From contig NC_006138.1 in NCBI RefSeq assembly GCF_000025945.1, positions 570,001-602,000 on the forward strand: a stretch of DNA of 32,000 bases. The letters are read 5' to 3'. Below the pieces are notes generated by a model. The model had not been told where the DNA came from. It did not search any database and worked only from the letters and a program-made list of their open reading frames with translations. Positions 18,601 to 26,857 of this stretch are shown one piece after another. The first letter of the stretch is position 1. Every line of letters starts with the position of its first letter. The DNA is from Desulfotalea psychrophila LSv54. Its GTDB lineage: Bacteria > Desulfobacterota > Desulfobulbia > Desulfobulbales > Desulfocapsaceae. Both the position numbers and the translations under genes were made by a program.

Positions 18601-19716
18601 CTATGCGAGAACCTCTTCTACTGGGGTGTAAGGCATGTCGAATGCATCACATACACCTTTGAAGGTAAGTTTTCCTTCGTGTACGTTCAAACCAAGTGCA
18701 AGAGCGTGGTTGTCCTGACATGCTTTTTTCCAACCTTTGTTTGCAAGTTGTACTGCAAATGGGAGGGTTGCATTGGTAAGAGCCATGGTAGAGGTCAAAG
18801 GTACTGCGCCAGGGATGTTAGCAACACAGTAATGAACGATCTCGTCTACAACGTAGGTAGGATCGGTGTGAGTGGTAGGCTTAGAGGTCTCAAAACAACC
18901 ACCTTGATCGATAGCAACATCAACAATAGCAGTCTTAGGACGCATAAGTTTAAGATCTGCGCGGGTAAGTACTGAAGGAGCCTTAGCGCCTGGGATAAGT
19001 ACCGCACCAACCACAAGGTCAACCTGTGGAAGAAGCTCGTGGATAGCAGCTTTAGAAGACATGATGGTGGTACAGTTAGCAGGCATTACATCTTCAAGAT
19101 AACGAAGACGATCAAGGTTGATGTCAAGAAGGTAAACTTGAGCGCCAAGTCCACAAGCCATCTTAGCAGCCTGAACACCAACAACACCACCACCGATAAC
19201 CATGATTTTAGCTGGAGCAACACCCGGTACACCACCGATGAGTTTGCCAATTCCGCCGTTTACAGCCTCGAGAGCCTTAGCACCCTGCTGAATTGCCATA
19301 CGACCAGCAACCTCAGACATTGGGGTAAGAAGAGGAAGTGAACGATCTGCCATTTGAACAGTCTCGTAAGCGATACAGGTAGCGCCAGATGCAACCAAAC
19401 CATCGGTTTGTGGCTTATCTGCTGCCAAGTGAAGGTAAGTGAAAACGATTTGACCTTTACGGATCATTGCGTACTCAGAAGGCTGTGGCTCTTTAACGTG
19501 CATTACCATATCAGCTTTTGCATAAACATCTGCAGCTGCATCAATGATGGTAGCGCCTGCTGCTACGTATTCTGCATCAGAGAAACTAGAACCAAGACCA
19601 GCACCTTTCTCTACAATTACATCGTGACCATTAGCTACCATGGTTACAACTCCGCCAGGGGTCATACAAACACGATCTTCTTTGATTTTAATTTCTTTTA
19701 AGATACCTACAATCAT
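18601..19716 (-). CDS. ald: L-alanine dehydrogenase (copy 1)
   Basis: 371 aa. MIVGILKEIKIKEDRVCMTPGGV... matches the AlaDH/PNT family, with a Rossmann fold VMVIGGGVVGVQAA. An AGGAGAAG SD is present. Confidence 0.9.
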   Translation of the reverse strand: MIVGILKEIKIKEDRVCMTPGGVVTMVANGHDVIVEKGAGLGSSFSDAEYVAAGATIIDAAADVYAKADMVMHVKEPQPSEYAMIRKGQIVFTYLHLAADKPQTDGLVASGATCIAYETVQMADRSLPLLTPMSEVAGRMAIQQGAKALEAVNGGIGKLIGGVPGVAPAKIMVIGGGVVGVQAAKMACGLGAQVYLLDINLDRLRYLEDVMPANCTTIMSSKAAIHELLPQVDLVVGAVLIPGAKAPSVLTRADLKLMRPKTAIVDVAIDQGGCFETSKPTTHTDPTYVVDEIVHYCVANIPGAVPLTSTMALTNATLPFAVQLANKGWKKACQDNHALALGLNVHEGKLTFKGVCDAFDMPYTPVEEVLA

Positions 19717-19775
19717 TTTACTTCTCCTAAATTATTAACGTATATAAATAACTGCTACTTATAAATGGGTACTAC

Positions 19776-21155
19776 TTATTTTTGATCAGCAAAAGCCAGA
19801 TCAAGAGCATTTATAACTTCATCAATCTCAGTTTTGCTGGAGATCAATGCAGGGCTAAATGCAAGGGTGTTGTTGTGCTTCTCAAAAGATCGATTAGTAC
19901 GACCAATGATAACACGACTCTTAGCTGCACAGTGACCCGCAACACCTGCGGCAACAGACTCATCAACAGGCTCTTTGGTTGTACGATCTTTAACAAGCTC
20001 AAGACCTTGAAAGAGACCTTTACCACGAACATCGCCAATGATTTCGTACTTATCTTTAAGCTCGAAAAGACGATCAGAAAAGTAATCTCCCATCTTAACA
20101 ACATTGTCAAGAAGATTCTCACGAATGATGATGGCCATGTTCTCAAGAGCGGCTGCAGGACCTGCGGTACATCCACCAAAGGTAGAGATATCACGAAAGT
20201 AATGCATTTTATCACTTGGATCAGCCTTGAAACGATCAAATACAGCCTCGGTGGTTGTGGTACAAGAGATACCTGCGTATCCACTTGCTACACCCTTGGC
20301 CATGGTAACCATGTCAGGAACTACATCAAAGTGCTGATAACCAAACCACTTACCGGTACGACCAAGACCACATACAACCTCATCAATGTGAAGAAGTACG
20401 CCATGACGATCACAGATCTCACGGATGATTGGGAAGTACTCTGGTACAGGAACGATTACACCACCACCTGCGGTGATAGGCTCAAGAATGATTCCACCAA
20501 CGGTCTCTGGACCTTCCGCTTGGATGAGATCTTCAAGGGCATGAGCACACTCGATATTACATTCGCCATATTTTTTACCGAAAGGACAGCGGTAACAACA
20601 GCAGTTGGTAAGCTCAACAAAACCTGGAGCAAATGGACCATACTGTGCTTTACGCTCGAACTGACCGGTGGAGCTCAAAGCGCCAATGGTAGTTCCATGG
20701 TAGTCACGGTCGCGGTAGATGATCTTGTTCTTCTTGCCATCACCTTCAAGGTGAGCAAGCTGACGAATGATCTTAAAACACTTCTCATTTGCCTCAGAAC
20801 CTGAGTTTGAGTAGTAGACACGATCCATTCCTGGCATCTTGTCAAGAAGAGCTTCAGCAAACTGAGCGCCTGGAACACTACCTGCACTTCCTGCGAAGTA
20901 ACAGAGTTTTACCAACTGATCACGTACAGCATTGGCGATAGACTCACGACCATATCCAACGTTTACAGTCCAAACACCACCGGATACTGCATCAAGGAAC
21001 TCATTGCCGTTAGCATCCTTGATACGCATTCCCTTACCCTCAACAACTACCATAGGAGCAGCACCGTCTTTATCATAGGCGCTATGTTGAGTGAGGTGAT
21101 GCCAGCAATTTTTTTTATTTTGGGCGATAACTTTTTTCATTGCTTCTTGTGTCAT
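19776..21155 (-). CDS. Class-III (omega) pyridoxal-phosphate aminotransferase, probably pyruvate-dependent (copy 1)
   Basis: It has class-III aminotransferase features: SGSEANE, the HIDEV.GLGRTG region and the MAKG PLP-lysine motif. The track start at 21173 lies inside the SD. The ATG at 21155 (MTQEAMKK...) is preceded by TAGGAGAAG at proper spacing. Confidence 0.85.
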   Translation of the reverse strand: MTQEAMKKVIAQNKKNCWHHLTQHSAYDKDGAAPMVVVEGKGMRIKDANGNEFLDAVSGGVWTVNVGYGRESIANAVRDQLVKLCYFAGSAGSVPGAQFAEALLDKMPGMDRVYYSNSGSEANEKCFKIIRQLAHLEGDGKKNKIIYRDRDYHGTTIGALSSTGQFERKAQYGPFAPGFVELTNCCCYRCPFGKKYGECNIECAHALEDLIQAEGPETVGGIILEPITAGGGVIVPVPEYFPIIREICDRHGVLLHIDEVVCGLGRTGKWFGYQHFDVVPDMVTMAKGVASGYAGISCTTTTEAVFDRFKADPSDKMHYFRDISTFGGCTAGPAAALENMAIIIRENLLDNVVKMGDYFSDRLFELKDKYEIIGDVRGKGLFQGLELVKDRTTKEPVDESVAAGVAGHCAAKSRVIIGRTNRSFEKHNNTLAFSPALISSKTEIDEVINALDLAFADQK

Positions 21156-21227
21156 GATACTTCTCCTATTCATCCATCTATTAAGAAAGGAGGTGCCTGG
21201 AGTAATCCAGACACCTTCTACTATTTC

Positions 21228-22382
21228 CTAGAAATGTTTTTCCAACATGGTCAAGAGTTGCTTCTCATTACCCTGACGTGGATTATTATCCATCAAACGC
21301 TTAGCTGCTGCAGCGCGGGTAGCAATTCCTGGCAGATCTTCTGCGGTCACACCATAAGGAGCAAGGCCTGGAGCAATATCAAGATCTTCAAGCATTTGCA
21401 CAAATGCATCTGCACAGTAAGCTGCGCGATCTTCTACTGGCTCGTCGCTCTCCACAACGTGGCTCAAGATATCAGCAACAACTGCATACTTCTCTGGGTT
21501 AGACATGTAGTTGTAATCGATACCGATTGGAGCTACTGCTGCCATAAGCAAACCGTGTGGCAACTTATACTTTGCAGGAACAGAGGTACCAACAGCGTGG
21601 ATAACACCGTTCTGGGTATTACCAAAACCCATTCCAGCAAGGGCAGAACCGTAAAGCATTGCCTCACGAGCCTCAAGATTATTACCGTTGGCATATGCCT
21701 TGCGGATATTCTTAGCAATAATCTTCATTGCCTGAAGATTAAGGGCATCCGTGAATGGAGTAGACATAAGGCCTACAAAGGATTCCATGGCGTGAACAAA
21801 GGCATCAACACCGGTCATTGCGGTTATATGTGGTGGAAGACCTGTAGTCAATGCTGGGTCAAGGATAACAGCAGATGCGTAGATATAGTCACTAACGATA
21901 CCAAGCTTTGCGCCGGTCTCGTTGTTGGTGAGTACAGAGATAGAGGTCATCTCGCTACCGGTACCAGCGGTGGTTGGCACTGCAATAAGTGGCATACATG
22001 GTCCAGGAACAACATCAACACCGAAATATTTAGAGATTGGACCTTCGTGAACGGCAAGAACGGATGCAGCCTTGGCGGTATCAAGAGCACTACCACCACC
22101 AAAACCGATGATAACGTCTGCCTTGAATTCCTTAGCAACATCAGCACAATGCTGAATAGAGGTTGCGTTTGGTTCAAGCTCTGCTTTTGCATAAAGAACA
22201 AATTCAATACCTGCATGGGCAAGAGCTTCCTCTACTGCAATGTGCAAACCCAGTGAAGCAAGACCTGGATCAGTCACGATGATGGCGCGCTTGCCACCAA
22301 GACGTTTTACCTCTTTACCTGCGTCAGCAATAGAGCCTGCACCGTGAACAATCTTACTTACGGATTTGAATGTATGGAGCAT
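21228..22382 (-). CDS. Iron-containing (group III) alcohol dehydrogenase / aldehyde reductase (copy 1)
   Basis: It has the Fe-ADH motifs GFGGGSALDTAKA and metal-binding His residues (VHAMESF, IHAVG). The track ORF starts at a GTG (22391). The ATG at 22382 (MLHTFKSV...) follows a GAAGGTG SD. Confidence 0.85.
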   Translation of the reverse strand: MLHTFKSVSKIVHGAGSIADAGKEVKRLGGKRAIIVTDPGLASLGLHIAVEEALAHAGIEFVLYAKAELEPNATSIQHCADVAKEFKADVIIGFGGGSALDTAKAASVLAVHEGPISKYFGVDVVPGPCMPLIAVPTTAGTGSEMTSISVLTNNETGAKLGIVSDYIYASAVILDPALTTGLPPHITAMTGVDAFVHAMESFVGLMSTPFTDALNLQAMKIIAKNIRKAYANGNNLEAREAMLYGSALAGMGFGNTQNGVIHAVGTSVPAKYKLPHGLLMAAVAPIGIDYNYMSNPEKYAVVADILSHVVESDEPVEDRAAYCADAFVQMLEDLDIAPGLAPYGVTAEDLPGIATRAAAAKRLMDNNPRQGNEKQLLTMLEKHF

Positions 22383-22531
22383 GTTAGTCACCTTCTGCTT
22401 TTATTATATAAATTACATAAACACTGCCAGCTACTCAGTGAGGGGCATCAGCCTCTCTTAGAAAGGCATGATAACTTGCTTAAGCATAGTCTCTTCCTTC
22501 GAAAGAAATCATCCTCAACCTTTATAATACA

Positions 22532-22547
22532 TGCAATGGACATGCCA
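22532..22547 (-). promoter_or_regulatory. Sigma-54 (-24/-12) promoter P1 for cassette copy 1
   Basis: The minus strand reads TGGCATGTCCATTGCA, which is TGGCAT-N5-TTGCA against the consensus TGGCAC-N5-TTGCW. It lies about 140 nt upstream of the ADH start. Confidence 0.8.
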
Positions 22548-22630
22548 TTCAAAAGAAAACTCTGTAACTACTTGTTTTTCTTTACTTTATCATAAGCACA
22601 AAATATCCTACCAAACAGCCATGAGTCAAT

Positions 22631-22674
22631 ATTGCATCGTTAACTACCACCAGCCCCAATCTTCGCGATGCAAT
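22631..22674. promoter_or_regulatory. Putative enhancer (UAS) for P1: 9-bp inverted repeat ATTGCATCG ... CGATGCAAT
   Basis: The arms are perfect, at 22631..22639 and 22666..22674, 85-130 bp upstream of the -24 element. The distal arm block CGATGCAAttTCAACT is conserved upstream of P2 at the same distance. Confidence 0.55.
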
Positions 22675-22918
22675 TTCAACTTACTTCCGAAATAACAAAA
22701 AAAGGAGGAGGAAAAAAGAGAACAGAAACAGGAGGAAAGAAGAGTCCTGCCAACCAGCAAAAAAAAACAAGCGAGGCAAGGTGAGATCACTTATAACATC
22801 GCAACATCGTCCAGCCAGAGAGGAAAGCCCAGGCGCAGAGAGCAGGAAAAACAAATTCATTTATCGGCCCTTTCAGGCAATTCTTTTTTGCATTAACTCC
22901 CAAAAAACGCAAGCCAGC

Positions 22919-22957
22919 AAAAAAAAATCCCCAGGCTCTAAAAAGAGCTTGGGGATT
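22919..22957 (-). terminator. Rho-independent terminator after cassette copy 2 (ald)
   Basis: On the minus strand the stem AAUCCCCAAGCUCU-UUUU-AGAGCCUGGGGAUU is followed by a U9 run (plus-strand A9 at 22919..22927). Confidence 0.75.
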
Positions 22958-23049
22958 CAGCAAGGAGCGACAACCCAAAAGAGAATGGAAACCTAAACTC
23001 CCACCCTCTATTCAACCAAGGCTACAACTTGCCTTTTTTGAGGTATTCT

Positions 23050-24165
23050 CTATGCGAGAACCTCTTCTACTGGGGTGTAAGGCATGTCAAATGCATCACA
23101 TACTGCTTTGAAGGTAAGTTTTCCTTCGTGTACGTTCAAACCAAGTGCAAGCGCTCTGTTGTCCTGACATGCTTTCTTCCAACCTTTGTTTGCAAGTTGT
23201 ACTGCAAATGGAAGGGTTGCATTGGTAAGAGCCATGGTAGAGGTCAAAGGTACTGCGCCAGGGATGTTAGCAACACAGTAATGAACGATCTCGTCTACAA
23301 CGTAGGTAGGCTCGGTGTGAGTGGTAGGCTTAGAGGTCTCAAAACAACCACCTTGATCGATAGCAACATCAACAACAGCAGTCTTAGGACGCATAAGTTT
23401 AAGGTCTGCGCGGGTAAGTACTGAAGGAGCCTTAGCGCCTGGGATAAGTACCGCACCAACCACAAGGTCAACCTGTGGAAGAAGCTCGTGGATAGCAGCC
23501 TTAGAAGACATGATGGTGGTACAGTTAGCAGGCATTACATCTTCAAGATAACGAAGACGATCAAGGTTGATATCAAGAAGGTAAACTTGAGCGCCAAGTC
23601 CACAGGCCATCTTAGCAGCCTGAACACCAACAACACCACCACCGATAACCATGATTTTAGCTGGAGCAACACCCGGTACACCACCGATGAGTTTGCCAAT
23701 TCCGCCGTTTACAGCCTCGAGAGCCTTAGCACCCTGCTGAATTGCCATACGACCAGCAACCTCAGACATTGGGGTAAGAAGAGGAAGTGAACGATCTGCC
23801 ATTTGAACAGTCTCGTAAGCGATACAGGTAGCGCCAGATGCAACCAAACCATCGGTTTGTGGCTTATCTGCTGCCAAGTGAAGGTAGGTGAAAACGATTT
23901 GACCTTTACGGATCATCGCGTACTCAGAAGGCTGTGGCTCTTTAACGTGCATTACCATATCAGCTTTTGCATAAACGTCTGCAGCTGCATCGATGATGGT
24001 AGCGCCTGCTGCTACGTATTCTGCATCAGAGAAACTAGAACCAAGACCAGCACCTTTCTCTACAATTACATCGTGACCATTAGCTACCATGGTTACAACT
24101 CCGCCAGGGGTCATACAAACACGATCTTCTTTGATTTTAATTTCTTTTAAGATACCTACAATCAT
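23050..24165 (-). CDS. ald: L-alanine dehydrogenase (copy 2)
   Basis: 371 aa, with 4 substitutions relative to copy 1 (I/V, D/E, H/R, G/A). Confidence 0.9.
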   Translation of the reverse strand: MIVGILKEIKIKEDRVCMTPGGVVTMVANGHDVIVEKGAGLGSSFSDAEYVAAGATIIDAAADVYAKADMVMHVKEPQPSEYAMIRKGQIVFTYLHLAADKPQTDGLVASGATCIAYETVQMADRSLPLLTPMSEVAGRMAIQQGAKALEAVNGGIGKLIGGVPGVAPAKIMVIGGGVVGVQAAKMACGLGAQVYLLDINLDRLRYLEDVMPANCTTIMSSKAAIHELLPQVDLVVGAVLIPGAKAPSVLTRADLKLMRPKTAVVDVAIDQGGCFETSKPTTHTEPTYVVDEIVHYCVANIPGAVPLTSTMALTNATLPFAVQLANKGWKKACQDNRALALGLNVHEGKLTFKAVCDAFDMPYTPVEEVLA

Positions 24166-24207
24166 TTTACTTCTCCTAAATTATTAACTTATATAAATGA
24201 ATATTAC

Positions 24208-25587
24208 TTATTTTTGATCAGCAAAAGCCAGATCAAGAGCATTTATAACTTCATCAATCTCAGTTTTGCTGGAGATCAATGCAGGACTGAAGGCAAGGGT
24301 GTTGTTGTGCTTCTCAAAGGATCGATTAGTACGACCAATGATAACACGACTCTTAGCGGCACAGTGACCCGCAACACCTGCGGCAACAGACTCATCAACA
24401 GGCTCTTTAGTGGTACGATCTTTAACAAGCTCAAGACCTTGAAAGAGACCTTTACCACGAACATCGCCAATAACTTCGTACTTATCTTTAAGCTCGAAAA
24501 GACGATCCTGGAAGTAATCTCCCATCTTAACAACATTATCAAGAAGGTTCTCACGAACGATGATGGCCATGTTCTCAAGAGCGGCTGCAGGACCTGCGGT
24601 ACATCCACCAAAGGTAGAGATATCACGAAAGTAATGCATTTTATCACTTGGATCAGCCTTGAAACGATCAAATACAGCCTCGGTGGTTGTGGTACAAGAG
24701 ATACCTGCGTATCCACTTGCTACACCCTTAGCCATGGTAACCATGTCAGGAACTACATCAAAGTGCTGATAACCGAACCACTTACCGGTACGACCAAGAC
24801 CACATACAACCTCATCAATTTGAAGAAGTACGCCATGACGATCACAGATCTCACGGATGATTGGGAAGTACTCAGGTACAGGAACAATTACACCACCACC
24901 TGCGGTGATAGGCTCAAGAATGATTCCGCCAACGGTCTCTGGACCTTCCGCTTGGATGAGATCTTCAAGGGCATGGGCACACTCGATATTACATTCGCCA
25001 TATTTTTTACCGAAAGGACAGCGGTAACAACAGCAGTTGGTAAGCTCAACAAAACCTGGAGCAAATGGACCATACTGCGCTTTACGCTCGAACTGACCGG
25101 TGGCACTGAGAGCACCAATGGTAGTTCCATGGTAGTCACGGTCGCGGTAGATGATCTTGTTCTTGGTGCCATCACCTTCAAGGTGAGCAAGCTGACGAAT
25201 GATCTTAAAACACTTCTCGTTTGCCTCAGAACCTGAGTTTGAGTAGTATACACGACCCATTCCTGGCATCTTATCAAGAAGAGCTTCAGCAAACTGAGCA
25301 CCAGGAATACTACCTGCACTTCCTGCGAAGTAACAGAGTTTTACCAACTGATCACGTACAGCATTGGCGATAGACTCACGACCATATCCAACGTTTACAG
25401 TCCAAACACCACCGGATACTGCATCAAGGAACTCATTGCCGTTAGCATCCTTGATACGCATTCCCTTACCCTCAACAACTACCATAGGAGCAGCACCGTC
25501 TTTATCATAGGCGCTATGTTGAGTGAGGTGATGCCAGCAATTTTTTTTATTTTGAGCGATAACTTTTTTCATTGCTTCTTGTGTCAT
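24208..25587 (-). CDS. Class-III (omega) aminotransferase (copy 2)
   Basis: It shows 8 substitutions relative to copy 1. The ATG at 25587 is preceded by the same AGGAGAAG SD. Confidence 0.85.
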   Translation of the reverse strand: MTQEAMKKVIAQNKKNCWHHLTQHSAYDKDGAAPMVVVEGKGMRIKDANGNEFLDAVSGGVWTVNVGYGRESIANAVRDQLVKLCYFAGSAGSIPGAQFAEALLDKMPGMGRVYYSNSGSEANEKCFKIIRQLAHLEGDGTKNKIIYRDRDYHGTTIGALSATGQFERKAQYGPFAPGFVELTNCCCYRCPFGKKYGECNIECAHALEDLIQAEGPETVGGIILEPITAGGGVIVPVPEYFPIIREICDRHGVLLQIDEVVCGLGRTGKWFGYQHFDVVPDMVTMAKGVASGYAGISCTTTTEAVFDRFKADPSDKMHYFRDISTFGGCTAGPAAALENMAIIVRENLLDNVVKMGDYFQDRLFELKDKYEVIGDVRGKGLFQGLELVKDRTTKEPVDESVAAGVAGHCAAKSRVIIGRTNRSFEKHNNTLAFSPALISSKTEIDEVINALDLAFADQK

Positions 25588-25660
25588 GATACTTCTCCTA
25601 TTCAATCCATCTACAGAGAAAGGAGGTGCCTGGAATCATCCAGACACCTTCTACTATTTC

Positions 25661-26815
25661 CTAGAAGTGCTTTTGCAACATGGTCAAGAGTTGTTTCTCG
25701 TTACCTTGGCGTGGATTATTATCCATCAAACGCTTGGCTGCGGCGGCGCGGGTAGCGATTCCTGGCAGATCTTCCTCGGTTACACCGTAGGGAGAAAGGC
25801 CTGGAGCAATATCAAGATCTTCAAGCATTTGCACAAATGCATCTGCACAATAAGCGGCACGATCTTCTACCGACTCTTCACCAGCCACAACGTGGGTAAG
25901 GATATCAGCAACAACTGCATACTTCTCTGGGTTAGCCATATAGTTGTAATCGATACCAATTGGAGCTACTGCTGCCATAAGCAAACCGTGTGGCAACTTA
26001 TACTTTGCAGGAACAGAGGTACCAACAGCGTGGATAACACCGTTCTGGGTATTACCAAAACCCATACCAGCAAGAGCAGAACCGTAAAGCATCGCCTCAC
26101 GAGCCTCAAGATTATTACCGTTGGCATATGCCTTACGGATATTCTTAGCAATAATCTTCATCGCCTGAAGATTAAGGGCATCTGTGAATGGAGTAGACAT
26201 AAGGCCTACAAAGGATTCCATGGCGTGAACAAAGGCATCAACACCGGTCATTGCAGTTATATGTGGTGGAAGACCTGTAGTCAATGCTGGGTCAAGAATA
26301 ACAGCAGCTGCGTAGATATAGTCACTAACGATACCAAGTTTTGCGCCGGTCTCGTTGTTGGTGAGTACAGAGATAGAGGTCATCTCGCTACCGGTACCAG
26401 CGGTGGTTGGCACTGCAATAAGTGGCATACATGGTCCAGGAACAACATCAACACCGAAGTATTTAGAGATTGGACCTTCGTGAACGGCAAGAACGGATGC
26501 AGCCTTGGCGGTATCAAGAGCACTACCACCACCAAAACCGATGATAACGTCTGCGTTAAAAGCCTTAGCAGCATCAGCACAGTCTTGAATAGAGGTTGCA
26601 TTTGGTTCAAGCTCTGCCTTGGCGTAAAGAACAAACTCAATACCAGCAAGAGCCAATGCCTCTTCCACAGCTACATGCAAACCAAGTGAAGCAAGACCTG
26701 GATCAGTTACGATAATGGCACGCTCGCCACCAAGACGTTTCACCTCTTTACCTGTGTCAGCAATAGATCCTGCACCGTGAACGATCTTACTTACAGATTT
26801 AAATGTATGAAGCAT
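25661..26815 (-). CDS. Iron-containing alcohol dehydrogenase / aldehyde reductase (copy 2)
   Basis: It has the same motifs as copy 1. The ATG at 26815 follows a GAAGGTG SD, with an alternative GTG at 26824. It differs from copy 1 at about 18 residues. Confidence 0.85.
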   Translation of the reverse strand: MLHTFKSVSKIVHGAGSIADTGKEVKRLGGERAIIVTDPGLASLGLHVAVEEALALAGIEFVLYAKAELEPNATSIQDCADAAKAFNADVIIGFGGGSALDTAKAASVLAVHEGPISKYFGVDVVPGPCMPLIAVPTTAGTGSEMTSISVLTNNETGAKLGIVSDYIYAAAVILDPALTTGLPPHITAMTGVDAFVHAMESFVGLMSTPFTDALNLQAMKIIAKNIRKAYANGNNLEAREAMLYGSALAGMGFGNTQNGVIHAVGTSVPAKYKLPHGLLMAAVAPIGIDYNYMANPEKYAVVADILTHVVAGEESVEDRAAYCADAFVQMLEDLDIAPGLSPYGVTEEDLPGIATRAAAAKRLMDNNPRQGNEKQLLTMLQKHF

Positions 26816-26857
26816 ATTAATCACCTTCTACGTTTTATAGTTAATATTTATATTAGC

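Larger units (their letters stand above)
18586..22415. repeat. Tandem duplication, unit 1 (about 3.83 kb: ald, aminotransferase, Fe-ADH)
   Basis: It aligns colinearly with 23035..26848. The offset is 4449 nt through ald and 4433 nt after a 17-nt indel in the ald/aminotransferase spacer. The encoded proteins differ at 4/371, 8/465 and about 18/384 residues. Confidence 0.9.
23035..26848. repeat. Tandem duplication, unit 2 (about 3.81 kb)
   Basis: It is colinear and near-identical (a few percent nucleotide differences by eye) with 18586..22415. Confidence 0.9.

Noticed and set aside
19782-22256. Very long plus-strand ORFs (19782..20804, 340 aa; 21084..22256, 390 aa) antisense to the aminotransferase and Fe-ADH. 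Both are also present in copy 2 (24214..25236 and 25586..26689).
   Set aside because: The translations are low-complexity (T/N/C/K-rich) with no motifs. Differences between the two copies are mostly silent in the minus-strand frames, yet they change many residues in these plus-strand frames (for example DQCRAKCKG versus DQCRTEGKG). Selection therefore acts on the minus-strand genes. The open antisense frames are a by-product of strong codon bias.
22781-22996. 71-aa (+) and 63-aa (-) ORFs in the inter-copy spacer.
   Set aside because: They overlap each other and span the copy-2 terminator hairpin and A/T homopolymers. There is no SD and no recognisable domain.
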